Shown: positions 1 through 13,467 of the stretch, piece by piece | Position numbering within the stretch: the first letter of the stretch is position 1 | Layout: each line of letters starts with the position of its first letter | The notes under the pieces: model-generated | Database searches by the model: none | What the model was told of the DNA's origin: nothing | The model's input: the letters and a program-made list of their open reading frames with translations, nothing else | Assembly (NCBI GenBank): GCA_964304625.1 | Contig: OZ199839.1 | Span: forward strand, 6,288,490 to 6,352,489 | Source: Kudoa neothunni | Taxonomy: Eukaryota; Animalia; Cnidaria | Direction: 5' to 3' | Length of the DNA stretch: 64,000 bases | Translations under genes and position numbers: made by a program

Positions 1-59
1 GAATAAAATGCTCAGGTTTCCCAAATGGTACATCAAATAGAGTAATTGGTTTAAAACGT

Positions 60-815
60 TCAAATTGATTTTCCCAGTCGTTTTTTAATCTAACGGAAAA
101 ACAAAAACTTTATAGGAATTAAAATACATTTTGTATATTTTTAACAATTATTAAAAATGCTTTGTTGGTTTGTTGATAACAAGGTAGCTGTTAGAGTATT
201 GAGGGGCGGAATAGTTATCGACGAAAATAAAGTCGAGATTTTCTCTGGTAACGTAAGCGATGCCGTCCTTGATCCAAAAATTAATAATGAACAAATCTTT
301 CCCTACTTTTCTAATGATTCTCTATTAACATACAAACAATAATAACTCTGAAGAAAGCTACTGGCTACAGATGTCTTGTATGTAAAGAAACTTCTAAAAA
401 CTATGAGTCATCTATAAAATTAATTTAATGTCTTGAAAATGAGGGCATAAAATTTTCGTGGAATTATCCAAAATATTTTTATCTGTACCTCGAATAGTTT
501 TCTCCATTCGACGCTTCGGTGTTAAGGTTGATAGAGTAAACAATTTTTTAGGGCGAAATTGGAATTATCAAAAAACAATCTAAGGTTCAGTACATCCCTC
601 AAGTCATCAATGAAACATTTCACACCATCTACTCCAAATCTCATCTGTTGGCTTTCTATCGTAAATAGAAAAGCTATACGCGTAACCATATGAAGACCTC
701 ATATCCAATTTTTAAACTCAAAGCGTAAAGGTTTCCCTCTCCTAAACACCTTACAGGAATTATGTCCTTAATATGGTACCATTCGCACATTTGTGATGTT
801 CATTTTAAAAATTTC
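60..815 (-). pseudogene. Degenerate piggyBac (PGBD-like) transposase remnant
   Basis: The minus strand at about 810-700 translates as RMVPY*GHNSCKVFRRGKPLRFEFKNW. This matches the piggyBac motif MVP(Y/F)xGRHxxKxFIxGKPIRFGxKxW. Many stops; boundaries approximate. Confidence 0.7.
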
Positions 816-1099
816 ATACTTTCTTAAGTTTAAATTCATTTTTTCAATTCACGGTTGTTTATTTATACAATTTATCGCCCTTGTCCATTCTCACGCTATG
901 ATTAAGATGGAGATACCTCCTAATGGATTTGAAATGTTTATATGTCATCGCTTTATTCACTGACATTACTCCAGAATCTACAGCGTCTTCCCAACACATA
1001 TATTACCAGGTTAATGTATGGTAGCCGGTGAGTAACATATATTATTATAGTGTTAAGTTGTTCGACTCTCGGATTAAAAATGTGATCGTTTTTCAGTTA

Positions 1100-2148
1100 A
1101 ATATATATATATATATATATATATGTGATCGCTTTAAAATCATCATTATGATGTTATCGTCAAAATGTTGTTGAAAAACATTATAGGACTCACAACTCTT
1201 TCCTAAAATTTATGCAGGCTCTTCACATAAATTTTAACCGGTAATAAACTATGCATGATCGTTGAAATTTCGCGGCCTAATTTTATTTGGAGAAGATTTT
1301 TTAGGAAGGAGAAACTTCATCTTCAAAAAATTTACTAATTATTTTCATGCTGCATCTCAATCTCTCCACATATTTTGGGTGCGATTCTTATACCCGTATC
1401 CACTATTAAATTTGGCACCAAATTATCCTCCCCATCCATTAAATCTTCAACATTGATTGGAGAAAGAGTTACAAAACTTTGAAGGCTTTTCCTTTTTATC
1501 GCAAAATTCATTAACAGCGTCTAATAAATTTTTTTAACGTATTACATATACCACGAATTTCAACAATCTGTTAAAGTATTAAATGAAGATTTCCACGTGG
1601 CGGAGTTACTGTTCCTTTTTCGGCTCATGTTTTTTTTTGTTGATACTTTTCTTAATTCCAAACGTATATCAAAGAAAAACAAAATTTTGAGTTCCACATA
1701 TATATAATATTAAATCACAAATTTATTCTTATTTTGAAAATTACGATCGATTGAATGTTCCAAGATATATTTTCATTTATAAACAAATCTGTTTATCGAC
1801 AAAAGTGAAAATCATATTTTATTCGTGTGCCGAAAAGGAACACTAACTCTTAACGAGTTAACTGGATTTAAATAACTCGGGAATGGAAAAAAAATACGAC
1901 ACATATTAAATTGTTTAGCGTTAGTGTCAGGACAAGAAATTATTAATTCAAAATCAGGATTGATACGCTCCTGCAGTGAAATTATCACGATTTAAAGTTC
2001 GAAACAAAATTCGACAAATTACGATGTTTTAAAAAATTTAGTTTGACCTCTTATATAAATTAGTTTGAAACATAATATTTCATTTAATGTTATAAAGAAA
2101 CGTCTCTTTGCGAAATCTTCTCCAGGCAACGCCGGGGGATCGCGCTAG
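1100..2148 (+). mobile_element. Non-autonomous Helitron, diverged copy
   Basis: 3' hairpin TCCAGGCAACGCCGGGGGA followed by CTAG|T at 2145-2149. Region 1850-2148 is similar to the Helitron at 38083-39195. The 5' boundary is uncertain. Confidence 0.6.
1101..1124. repeat. (AT)n microsatellite
   Basis: ATATAT run read directly from the sequence. Confidence 0.9.
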
Positions 2149-2296
2149 TATTATATAAATTAATATAAAATAAATTTTTTTATATTTTATTTTAAAACTT
2201 TAAACATTTCAAATCATTCATGAGAAAATTTCATATTGATTCTTAAAATTAATTAAAAAGTATCTCTTGAACTAGGATTACGAGAAACCTGAACCA

Positions 2297-4221
2297 CAGT
2301 CGAACCTGGATATTGCGTAATTTCACAAGTTTATTGAAATATAACGATATTGTTTAGATTTTTTACATACAATTTGCTTGTATACTATTCAAAATAATGT
2401 TAACTGAGCAAGCAAAGATAAAAAGTTTTTACTAACAATGTATAAATTTAAGATAGCGCGCTAAAACTAGAACCTCTCTATTGCGTAACATTTTGTTTAG
2501 TTCTATCCCCACTTAACCTTCTCTTCGAATTCTGCGAAACAAAAATGGCAAGGAATCAGCGAACAGTAACTGAAAAAATTAAAATTATCTAATATTATAA
2601 TTCGATTAAATCATTCCAAGGAGCAAAAGCAATGATTGTTAGACATTTCAAGTTATCTAGTAATGTAAACTTATCAAACCCCATTAAAGTATATTTGCAG
2701 GGCACTCTACACTTGATATAATTTTAGCTGCTCAAAATTATATTTATTAATTCTACTATTTCAGATTCAAAAAAAAGAATAAAAGAAGGCAAATTCACGG
2801 AGTTGGATAATTTACTCTATGCATAGATCACCAAAATGCGAAATCAGAGGAAGATTTTCCCTGCTTACATAATTGTTGAGAAGGCCAAAAGTATCGCTAA
2901 ATCTATGGCAATTGACCAATTTACCGGTGGTAACAGTTGGGTCGTGAGATTCAAAAATAGATATGGTATTCATTATAAAAAATTTCACGGCGAAGCCAAC
3001 AGTGTGAATAATCAAACTGTAATGGAGGTTTTCGTTAAATTCCCAGAAATTTCACTAGGATACGAAGAATGCAGCATAATAAATATGGATGAAACGTCCC
3101 TTTTTTATGAACAGTTACTCCTACACACGTATATTCTAAATGACGAAACCGACGTGAAAGAAATTAAACAATCCAAGAAAAGGGTTATCGTTCTTGCGTC
3201 TGCGTCTTTAACAGGAAAAAAATTCCCACCAGTTGTAACATTGAAGTATCAAAACCCAGGTGTTTTAATAGATCAGAGTCATTTCCTTTGAAATATTATA
3301 CCAACAAATGCGTGGATGTCTTTAAATCCCATGATAATAAATTCCAAGAAGAAAAAAAGGAAAGTTTTCATTTTGTTAAATCAATGTCCGGTGCATTCAC
3401 AAAAGCTTCATGAATTTGAAAATATTGAACTGGTGTTTTTACCTATAAACATTACAAGTGTACTACAGCCAACGGACCTTGATATAATACGCAATTTAAA
3501 ATGTCAGTACCGTAAACTTTTGACAAACTATCAATTATCTGAAGAAAACAATTCAAATTTAATTAAGTATACCGTTTTGGATTGTATTAATACATTGAAG
3601 TGGGCATGGGAAAACGTATCATCGGCTACTATTCAAAATTGTTTCGGAAAATCTTGACTTTTTGAAAATTATGATTCTATCCTTCATCATATTGAAAAAA
3701 AATTATAAGATGGTGAAAACTTACCTCAAGATTTTCTTGATAATGATAGTGGTGCAAATTTTGTCACATTTTTCACTGTTCATCGACCTTATTTCTTAGA
3801 GAAAAAATTTGACGAAATCAACAAAAATATTGAAGACAAGGAAAAATTCCACGAAGAAACAATAGATTTACCTGAAACTCACGAAATTGATCAATTTAAA
3901 GAAAATATCGATCCGGATTTTGTAAAAGATGGAGCGCTTATGTCAATTTCAGAATTAAAACAATCGATTAATTTAATCAGGAAAGCTTTTAGGTTAGAAA
4001 ACCCAACAGCATTATTTTCGACGAATCTAGCTATGGATTTCATATCTAAAATAATTCAAAAAACGCATAAACAGGCGGAAATTGCTTATTGTGTTAAACC
4101 CAAATAAATTATTGTTTTTATGCATAATGCGCTCGTGCCAGTACCCTATATTGCGTAATTTCTCCATATTACGTAACTTTTTGGGAATTGAAAAAAATTC
4201 CGCAATATCCAGTTTTTACTT
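2297..4221 (+). mobile_element. pogo/Tigger DNA transposon (degenerate)
   Basis: Imperfect TIRs: CAGTCGAACCTGGATATTGCGTAATTT (2297) and AAATTCCGCAATATCCAGTTTTTACT (to about 4221). They enclose a CENP-B/DDE_1 transposase. Confidence 0.8.
2545..4100 (+). pseudogene. Tigger/pogo transposase pseudogene (CENP-B HTH + DDE_1)
   Basis: Motifs SWVVRFKNRYGI, GEANSV, INMDETSLFY, LLNQCPVH and FLPINITSVLQPTDLDII are present. Multiple stops and frameshifts. Confidence 0.85.
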
Positions 4222-4261
4222 CGGTTACTTAGAGTCAATAAAAAGAAAAACGCAAAAATGC

Positions 4262-4307
4262 GTGTCGTGGGATCCAAGCGGACCTCGCTCAGCACCAGGA
4301 GGGTTAA
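4262..4307 (+). mobile_element. Orphan piggyBac-type right end
   Basis: GC-rich subterminal sequence ending ...CACCAGGAGGG|TTAA. No matching left end was found. Confidence 0.4.
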
Positions 4308-4316
4308 ATATTAAAA

Positions 4317-7300
4317 GGTAGTGGCTATATCTCAGGTACCTGATAATCCGGTCGTTCTCAGGCTATATCTCAGGTAATCAATATCTCTAAAACTACCTAC
4401 TCAATATTGTTTTACCAGATTCCACATATCATCTTATATTTATCTAACTTAAGTTTTTGTAGATTTTTGAAAAATTAGAAAAAAATTAATTTTTCTTTGT
4501 GTGATCATACACAAGTCCAACAGCAGCTGGGCACGATTTTTTATTTTTTTAATATAATTTCATCAACTAGCATCATTATACACAAAATATAGAAATAATA
4601 ATAATTTTTGTCTTTTTTTTAAGAAATTAACATTTTTCACGTTATATGAAATAAAACTAATAATGGATTTAAATATTAGTTTAAGCGATCACTCAATAAA
4701 ACAGCTTTCATATGACACATGTAGAGGATTATTCTCAAAATTAAATTTTTTTTATATATTTAATTTTAAAGTTATAATTTTATTTCTTTTTCTTTATAAT
4801 TCCGATTGCAGTTAAACGACTTCCTCGTGGTCGACCAATCGATGTAACTTTAGAAGGAATCACTAGATCTAAACAAAAATTAGCATAATTTTTTTTTAGG
4901 TTTAACCTTTTAATTGAGGTTCTACGATGGCGTTTGATTCATCGTTACAATCAATTTGTTCTTCCAGAGGATTAAAACCATCACTGGAATTAAGTTTTGG
5001 TATTTTGGTAAGTGAGATTTCTATTAAATTTATCGATGACTCCTAATTTTTATTAGTTAAAGTAAAATTATAAATTTTACACATTTTCTTGAAATTCAGT
5101 TTCATCTTTAATTATATAAAATTTAATATTTCATTTATAAACAAAAATCATATGTATCAAGGAACTGATCGATAACCATGACATCGTGACTTCTAATTAT
5201 TTTTTCCAATAGATTTATTGATTTTATTGATTTTTCGAAAAATTCTCCGCAAAATTCGGAAGTTGTGTTGGCTAGTTTGGTTGTAAAATTTGACGCGTAC
5301 TTCAACTTTTGTCCAAATGTCTTTATGTTAATTTTTTGTTTCTTTTCAAGAACAACAGTAGGAAGATTTTCTGTATTATTTTGAGTTGTAGATTCCGCAT
5401 TTAAAAACTTCATTCCGTATGCCTTTTTCCATCGATCATTGCATAATGTTTCACAGAATAACGGGAGTTTTTCTGATAACCGTAACTTAGAATATGGCGA
5501 CATGGTAATGAAAATGAGCGATAAAATAAACAATGACACGTTGATCGACTTGTGGTTTCATTTGAGTTAGCGAATAATGCAGCATTGTCCAAGAATTTAT
5601 GTTCTTTTTGAAGCATGATAAATGCATACTTCGTCAGACATTCTTTATAGTGTAGAACCTGGTTGTTGTTGAGAATATCGTTTGATTCATAATACAGTTG
5701 ATTAATTGAAGAAACTTCCCTTTCAATTCTAAGTGAACTTAGAATTTAAAAAAAACTTTGGATGAAGTTGGCCAACGAGCTGAATTTTTGGACAACACTT
5801 AATTTTGGAATTTATTACTTCAAGGCGATTATTGGTTTCGTTGTCGTAAAGATTTTTCGTATTGCTGATATCAATGACCCATTCATTGTATATTCCTTCC
5901 CAATTTCTTTTGAAATATTCACTTAATTTGGGATTTTTAAAATCGTGAATCTGGTCAACGTAATGTAAATATTTATTGTAGTCAGTCGGGTACATCATTT
6001 TTTGTAAACAACTTAAAATCTCTTGTCTTTTAGTAGAAGATATTTCAAATTTGTAAACGGTGATATGTCTTTGAAAAATTTGATTCACATGAAATTTACA
6101 TAAAATGAATGATGATTGTGGAAAACTTAATTTGAGACATTTTCTTAGCTTTTCATCCTTGTCTGTAACGGTGGTATGTACGTTTTTTGATAAGTTTGGT
6201 ATAAATTTTGCCAAAGTATTACAAAACCATTGGATGGAATCTTCCGTCTCGTCGTAGAGAATGCAGGCACTCGAAATATGAGTCAAACCAAAAGAATCCT
6301 CCCCAGCAGATATGTATAACGGGGCCCTAAAACTATAAAATTATTCATCCGTTTTCAAAAGTTACCTTGAATTAAGGAGTTTATAAGTTGCATCAACGAA
6401 CATAACCTCAGGATAAAATTCCATTAACGACTTTATGTTTATCATATAAAATCTTAACGTAACATTTGAAATCTTCTTTCAACACTTTCTCTATTACACA
6501 TAGGTTATCACAGAATGAGTCTTTGTTTGCTCTAATATTGTGGATGGATTTCAAACGGATGTTTTTACCCGTTTCGTTGTAAATTTTATTTTGAATTAAT
6601 TTTTTATTGGCCCTAAGGTGAATTAATTCTACGAGATTTGGGTCATTTAGGTGAATTTTTCGTTGTTTTGGTAGATTTCGATATAGCACTGCACTTAAAT
6701 CATGATTATGTTCTAATATACTAGAACGTACTTCAAGTGCTACACCATCAACAGAGGTCCTAAGGTATAAAACCAAGGGGCAGTTTCCCTTTAATGCCGG
6801 TTTGTTTCTAATTCCATCGGATTTTGTTTTATTCTTGCCACTGAAAATACAACGATATGTAATTTCATAATACCGCAGAGATTGGTTAATTGATTTTGTA
6901 ATTCTATTTCGAATATTCGAAATAGTCCTCGCTTGATATTTATAAAGATTGCAAAAGTTTGATTCTTCGTAATTTTTTATAGCATTATCGAGTTTCTTGA
7001 AAGAACGAAATCGTTTTCCAATTGCAAACAAATTTGAACTCATCCTGTGCCACGCTAATTAGAAAGAGAAATTGCGCTCTCAAGTTATACATAACTCAGA
7101 AATTTATTATTATTTCTATATTTTGTGCATAATGATGTTAATTGATGAAACTATATTAAAAAAATAAAAAATCGCACCCAGCTACTGTTGGACTTGTGTA
7201 TGGTCACACAAAGAAAAAATAATTTTTTTTTAATTTTTCAAAAATCTACAAAAACTTAAGTTAGATAAATATAAGATGATATGTGGAATCTGGTAAAACA

Positions 7301-7353
7301 ATATTGAGTAGGTAGTTTTAGAGATATTGATTACCCGAGATATAGCCATTTCC
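4317..7353 (-). mobile_element. MULE family A, copy 1 (non-autonomous)
   Basis: TIRs of about 250 bp, GGTAGTGGCTATATCTC... / ...GAGATATAGCCATTTCC. 9-bp TSD ATATTAAAA / ATATAAAAA (one mismatch). Near-identical to 42544-45516. Confidence 0.92.
4790..7043 (-). pseudogene. MULE-A transposase pseudogene (FAR1/WRKY-like N-terminus, DDE, SWIM, AT-hook)
   Basis: Motifs FVDATYKL, TDKDEKL, LCKFHV, ETNNRLE, CHCLFYRSFSLPCRH (SWIM) and GRPRGSR. Contains a 39-bp intron and frameshifts. Confidence 0.88.
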
Positions 7354-7726
7354 ATATAAAAATTTGCCTATTTAAGTTTTTTATAATACGTTTTTCAATA
7401 AAATGAAGCTCAAGAGATAAATATTTTAACCTGGAAATTTATTAACATAATTCGATCAGATTCTAAATTAATAAAAACTATAACTACAGTTAGTCATATA
7501 AAGCTAATTCGAAGTCAATATAAAATTGAGAAAAATCTTAGTAAATCACGTAATTCTAAAATAAGTAAATATCAGAAATCTTATTTTTCTCTCTAAAAAC
7601 GCAAGCGAAATTCAAAAAACAATAAATTCAGCTAATGACTTAGAATATCAAATAATACAATGTGATCGAATAATTTCTATCATAAATACTACCTATTAAC
7701 TATAGTTAACGAAAATTATTTGAATC

Positions 7727-10700
7727 TCACTTCTTCTTCAATACCACGATTCCACCTATCACTACGACCACAACCACAGCAACGCACGCGATAATGATTC
7801 TACAAAACAGTTAGTTTAATTATCAGCATCTATAAAATATTCACATAAGTTTTGTTTTATTCCTAAAAAGTATTGAATTAAAAAAAGGAAGTTTACTAAG
7901 CTCACCCTGAACTACTCTTTGCTCCTACAATACATAACTCTAAACTACATTATAAACAAATAATAAACCTTGTTGTATGTCAGCACCGCCAAAAATTGTA
8001 TCGTCATGAACACTGTAAACAGTCAAATAATAGTTATTTCCATCAGTTAAATTATTTATTTTGAATTCTTTACATGTCACAAAGGCAGTGCATCTGTCTA
8101 CGTTTCTTCCCATGCAAGATTTTACTACCGCATTTGATTTGACACTACTGTTACGTAACTCCCATTTGCATTTTGATTTATCGTTCATACTGGCTGGAAC
8201 TGTGGTGGTTACAATGAAACTGTTCCCATCACGTGTAATGACGACTGATATCAATTTGGAAGAGTCAGTTGGGTTTACTCTTGGTGTACCTAATATAAGT
8301 TTCGTTGAAAAAATTCTTAATAGAGACATTAAATGTAGTACTCGATTCTATGATATGCTCTTTTTGTGAGGATTTCCCGATAGCTGTGACTAAAATTTTG
8401 TATGCATTTGCTGCTTCATACTCGGGAAATGTTATGGAATTGCAAAAGGGATTTGAAGAACATGTGTTAATGCTGTTCGCAGCACCATCACGTTGTGTAT
8501 CTGAATTATCTGAAACTGACGATTTCGCCGTTGGCATTAGACCACCGTCTGCTACAACTGGTACAGCAATTCTAGCTATACTGAGATCTGCAGAACTTGA
8601 ACTGGGAGGAGCAGCTACTGGGGGTGTCGGTGCTATTGGAGCGGTAACAGATGTGGTTACTTTCGGCACCGCTGGACATGTGTAGAAGTCTGTGTAATCG
8701 TTACCAGTCTTCTTTTTTACGATATAACTACAAGTTGCACTTGGATCCACGGAATTTAATCGTGCTATTAATGACAAACCATCCAAGGTGATCTTGTGTG
8801 TTATTGTTAATGTTGTTAATGCTATAAAAAATTTAAAGAATAAATTATAAGTTCAATAACCTGTTTGTATATTTGTGTAATCTTTTATATCGTAGTCCTT
8901 ATGTGCAATCACTCTGATGTCATAAGCTGTGTTTGGCTCAAGGTCTTCTATCGTAACTTGTTCACTACACATTCCTCTACACGGACTGATGCCATTGCAT
9001 TTCGCATGGTAAAAACTGTTCAATCCAGTTGGACTTACCAAATACTCACAGGTTGGTTCAGTTTTCTTTTCATCATTTGTAGTTGAAGTAATAGATATAG
9101 CTGTAAGAGAGACTGTCGTGTCTGTATTTGTTGGTGTGGTAGTTCCATAATCTTTATTTGCTCCCTTTGCTATATAATTCGTTATTTTATAAAATAAATA
9201 TAATGATTTACTTGTTCTTAGGAATATTTTCTCTTTATAACTTGCTGGAAGATTAGTGCCCTCAAATTTTATCTCCATCATGTATGCTTTCCCCGCTGTA
9301 AGCTCCTGAATCATCAATTTTGTTGTGCAGTCAGTTTTGCAATTGCCATCAATTGCACTGGTACTATCACATTTTGCGAGGGTTAGAGCGGTTGGCCTTG
9401 GTTTATCAGCAAAATAATGTTCAAGAGTACACGTAGTAAATGTTGGTGCAGATGCTGCTTTTAGTGAGGAAACATCTAACTTAACACCAGCGCCGGTATG
9501 AGAAGAAAGCAATCCCTCACTCGATTCAGTAAATGCTAAAGAAAATAATAAAAAAACATATTAAATTACGGATTACCAAATTTAGTTTTTTTGTAACCTT
9601 CCAAACTAGTACCAGTAGCTCTTATGTCGTGATGCCTTGTTTGGATTAAAATTTTAAATAACTTTTTTTCCGCATCGCCAATTAATTCGACATACTTACA
9701 AGGAGCATAACACATTTTACCAGTACCGCCGCAAACAGACGTATATGATTCTCCGTTCGCTGAATCCTGACCATCTTTAATACTGAATAGACATATTTCG
9801 GACGATGGAGAATTGGTGAATTTAATTCCTACCTTGTTTCCAGTTTTTTTAACAACGTAAAATTGAGGATCATAAATATCTATATTTTCCTTCATATATT
9901 GATTGGGCATATAGTAAAAGAAACTGGGATAATTTTTGCATCTCACTTCGTAGTGCGGTAACAATAAATCAAAGTCAACTTTGTTTGCTGAATTCCCATT
10001 ATTACATCCTTCCCCTTTGGTACCAACTTCATATTGGATATCTTTATAATAAATTGGGCAATCTACGGGAGCACAAGTTTTGGCTAGGAACTGCAGCTGT
10101 TTATTATGGCTGGTCGTGTCTGTCTGTGTAGACATGATAATTTGTGGATTGGCCAATAAAGCTAAATTCAATCGATTTTCATATTAAATTCAATTAATTT
10201 ACGTATTGAATATCCGAATACTTTTGAACCTGCTCCTTGAGTTTTATCTTTAATATCAGCTGTGTTTGCGCCTACGAAAACATATATGTATTTGGTTCTT
10301 GGTGATAGTTTTTCATAGGTGATTGTATTCACATCACTATTACAATCAACAACGCAATTATTTGGAGCAGCACTGTCATTAGCACTGCAGCTGTCAATGT
10401 TTAAAAACGCAGCATCTGGTACCGAAGCGCTAGAACTAGTAGCCTTTGCAATTTCTGCCTCGTTAGATCGCCTTATAAGACATTTTTGGCCAATTCCATA
10501 TTCAGAGCCTCCAAGTATGAGTTTAATTCTGTCTGGGTCAGCACCTGAAGCTTTCAAAATCTGGTATTTTAGAATTTTCGTTGGGGATGCAACTGCCGGT
10601 GATGCTGAATTAGGAGAACCTGGATTTAGTGCAGCATTGATTATGCCTGATCCTGATATTAAAACGCCTAAAATTACATTAGTATTAAAATTAACTCGCG

Positions 10701-10741
10701 AAGATACCTAAAACAAGGTAGAGAAATCCAGCTATTTCCAT
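7727..10741 (-). CDS. Gene A: Cys-rich FN3-like type-I membrane protein, multi-exon, apparently intact (about 870 aa)
   Basis: Spliced model: ATG at 10741, signal peptide MEIAGFLYLVLG|VLISGSGIINA with a 40-bp intron, then six domain exons with CxxxC motifs and FN3-like L(E/T)P/AxxxY motifs. Micro-exons 7906-7924 and 7845-7862 precede the TM exon IIIIACVAVVVVVVIGGIVVLKKK* (TGA 7727-7729). The 5' junction, the 8291-8342 junction and the three 3' junctions were read base by base and are GT-AG and in frame. Confidence 0.85.
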
Positions 10742-10786
10742 GATTGACAATTAAATGACTTACGAATTGATGATTCGGAATACAAT

Positions 10787-11023
10787 TGTCCCGAATTCAC
10801 TCATTTGTATATATAATGATTTATTCAATGACAGATAGAAAAATTTACATTAGATAGTAATTATTCAAGTTATTTGAAAATTAATTTAAACCATTTTTTG
10901 TTACCTACCTCAAATCGGTGTGGTAAATTAATTAGAACTATAGCGCAAATAGACAACTGCAAACTCAAAACCAAGATAATGCGAGCAGGATTAACATTGG
11001 GTAAACAATGTTGATCCGCCACA
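10787..11023 (-). repeat. 3' LTR of Gypsy element (237 bp)
   Basis: Minus strand TGTGGCGG...GGGACA with an internal AATAAA. Immediately preceded by the polypurine tract TTTAGGGGGGTTATA downstream of integrase. Confidence 0.7.
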
Positions 11024-12570
11024 TATAACCCCCCTAAAGTTTGAGGGTTAAATTTATAAATGTTTGGTTGTTTAATTAGTCGGCCATATCGAGGTCTAGT
11101 AGGTTGTTTGTTGGGGGAATCGCAGCTTGGCGACGTGCTCATAGAAGGAAGGTTTTCGTTCTGTTCGAAATAAGCTGGTTTTAGCCTATCAATCGATACA
11201 TTAACTATTTTGTTTTTTACCTGAACTTAAAGGTTTTATCTCCTCTAGAAAAAATTTTGAACGGACCATCGTACGGCGGTTTCAGGGGGATCATTGCCTA
11301 TCTCTCCGAATGTAGACATAGTGGCTATTTGTTAGGTTTTTTGGGATGTATGGTGTTTGTTTAATGTGTTTTGAGGTATCAAATAGACAGTATTATTTGA
11401 TGGTTTGTTTTAAATTTTGCACAAAGCCAGTAGGGTCGATGAAATCAATCTTAGGAAGGATTTTACCGGGTGTTTGACAGAGTGGCCGAATACGATATCT
11501 GAGGGAGAGAGCCCAATATCCAACTTAATGGTGTTTTTAATGCCAAGCAGAACCCAAGGAAGTTGGTCTGTCCAGGTGTAATCGGTGAATATTGTGGTAA
11601 TAGAAGTTTTCAGATGTCGATGAAACTTTTTCACCAATCCATTTGCCTGTGGGTGATATACTGTTTTACGGCATAATTTTATTACCAGTAGATTCAAAAT
11701 ATTCTCCCATATTTTGGATGTGAATTGTGATCCTCTGTCGGAAGTTATGATATCCGGTATTCCAAATCTAGAGATCAAGTTGCTGATAAGTACTCTGGCG
11801 CAATTAAGTGTTGATGTATCCACAATAGGAATTGCTTCTGGCCATCTAATGTATCGGTCAATAATTGTGAAAAGGAGTGTAAAGCCGTCGAAGTATGGTA
11901 AATGTCCAACTATATCAACATGTATATAGCTAAAGCGATTTTTGGCCAAGGGAAAGATATGAAGTGTTGAACGTGTATGTTGTGAACATCGAATGATTGG
12001 CATGGTAGCATTTTCTCCCCCATGCTCTTATTTCTTTATTCATATTTGGTCGTATATACCGTTGGATAATTGGCTTCAACGTAGAACGGATCGATGGATG
12101 CGATAAATAATGGAATTGTTTGAACAGTCTTTCCAGCAACATTTCAGGTACCGAAGATCGGTTAGTGCCTATCGATATGTTGCACCAAAGAATAATGTGA
12201 TCGGGACCAAATACGCGTTGAGAAATTTAAAGTTTAATATTTTTTGACAATCCGAAATGAGTGATTGATTTCACTGTTGTTCAGATTTGAGATGTTGAGG
12301 ATTAACTTCTTTGAGCTCGACAGATGGTGGCAACAATGTGAATATTCGTGATAAATTATCCACTATTAAGTTTTCGCAACCAGGCAAATATTGTAAATCG
12401 GTTGTATATTCGGATATAAAGATAGTTGGCGCTGTTGCTTCGCAGTCCAACATTCAGAATTCTTTCATATAACAGTGAGTAGTGGCTTGTGATCGGTAAA
12501 AACAGGAAAATTCCTTCCTTCCAAATAGAAACGAAAATAACGTACTGTTAGAGAAGGCCAAGTTTTGCGG
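10787..12570 (-). mobile_element. 5'-truncated Ty3/Gypsy LTR retrotransposon (RNase H-integrase-PPT-3' LTR)
   Basis: RNase H FTDHKPL, integrase zinc-finger HYLSHP, and core IHVDIVG..TSDRGSQF..YHPQANGLV, followed by a GPY/F region. Stops and frameshifts; no 5' LTR. Confidence 0.88.
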
Positions 12571-13467
12571 ATAGCACGTGCTCAACATGTATAAATTGGT
12601 GACGCGCGAATTACATTGCGTGTAGAATGATGGAACAAAACGATATTGATTGCTTTTATTAATAAAAATAACTTAAAATAAAGATAAAATTTTACATTTC
12701 CCATATAATACCGATAATAAAGCAGATTTCTACCAGTATTGGGTATGTCATACACGAAATTGCAAAGGACGGCTGTAGATATTCCCAGCGTAAAAAATAG
12801 AGAGGTAAGAGCCATTAGACTTGCGTGACGAGAGTCATTTATGGAAATATTCAATAAATACAAATATATTTTTTCTTTAACATTTAATTACTTTTTGACC
12901 GTCGCAATGTATGCTGGGCTTTCTGCCAATCTTTATAACATTTAATTCCTGGCTTGTTAATCTTGTAATTTTTAAGAATTTTGAATTTTATTTTGTTTAA
13001 TTTATATCTATTCTATACTTATTCTATATTTATCAATGTTTCTTTGGGATTTTAATGTTGTATAGTTCAAAATGTTTCATCTTCCTATTATTATTATTAT
13101 TAATATTTATTATTATAGAGTTTCCCAATTAAAATGAGATTTTTTGCAATAAACCTGATATTCATTAAGTTTGATAATTGGAATATTAAAATCTCAAATT
13201 CTGTTAACTTAAATTCTGCGCAGAACAACATTTTTAATATATCGATTTAACAAATCTAATAATAGCAACAAATAAATTTCTTATTTATTAATTATTTCTT
13301 TGTTTTCTGCCTTTCATAAATACTTTGACATCATCCTATAAAAGCTATCACAACGCGAAGCATTAATCTCGTTAAATCTAGATGATATAATTCTTTTAAT
13401 TGTCTCCCATTATTTGTTTCTACCATTATAACCAAATTTTTCCACACGGAAAAAATATTCTCTATAG

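Noticed and set aside
8061-10711. Plus-strand ORFs 8061-8369, 8305-8685, 8865-9086 and 10319-10711
   Set aside because: Antisense shadows of gene A exons.
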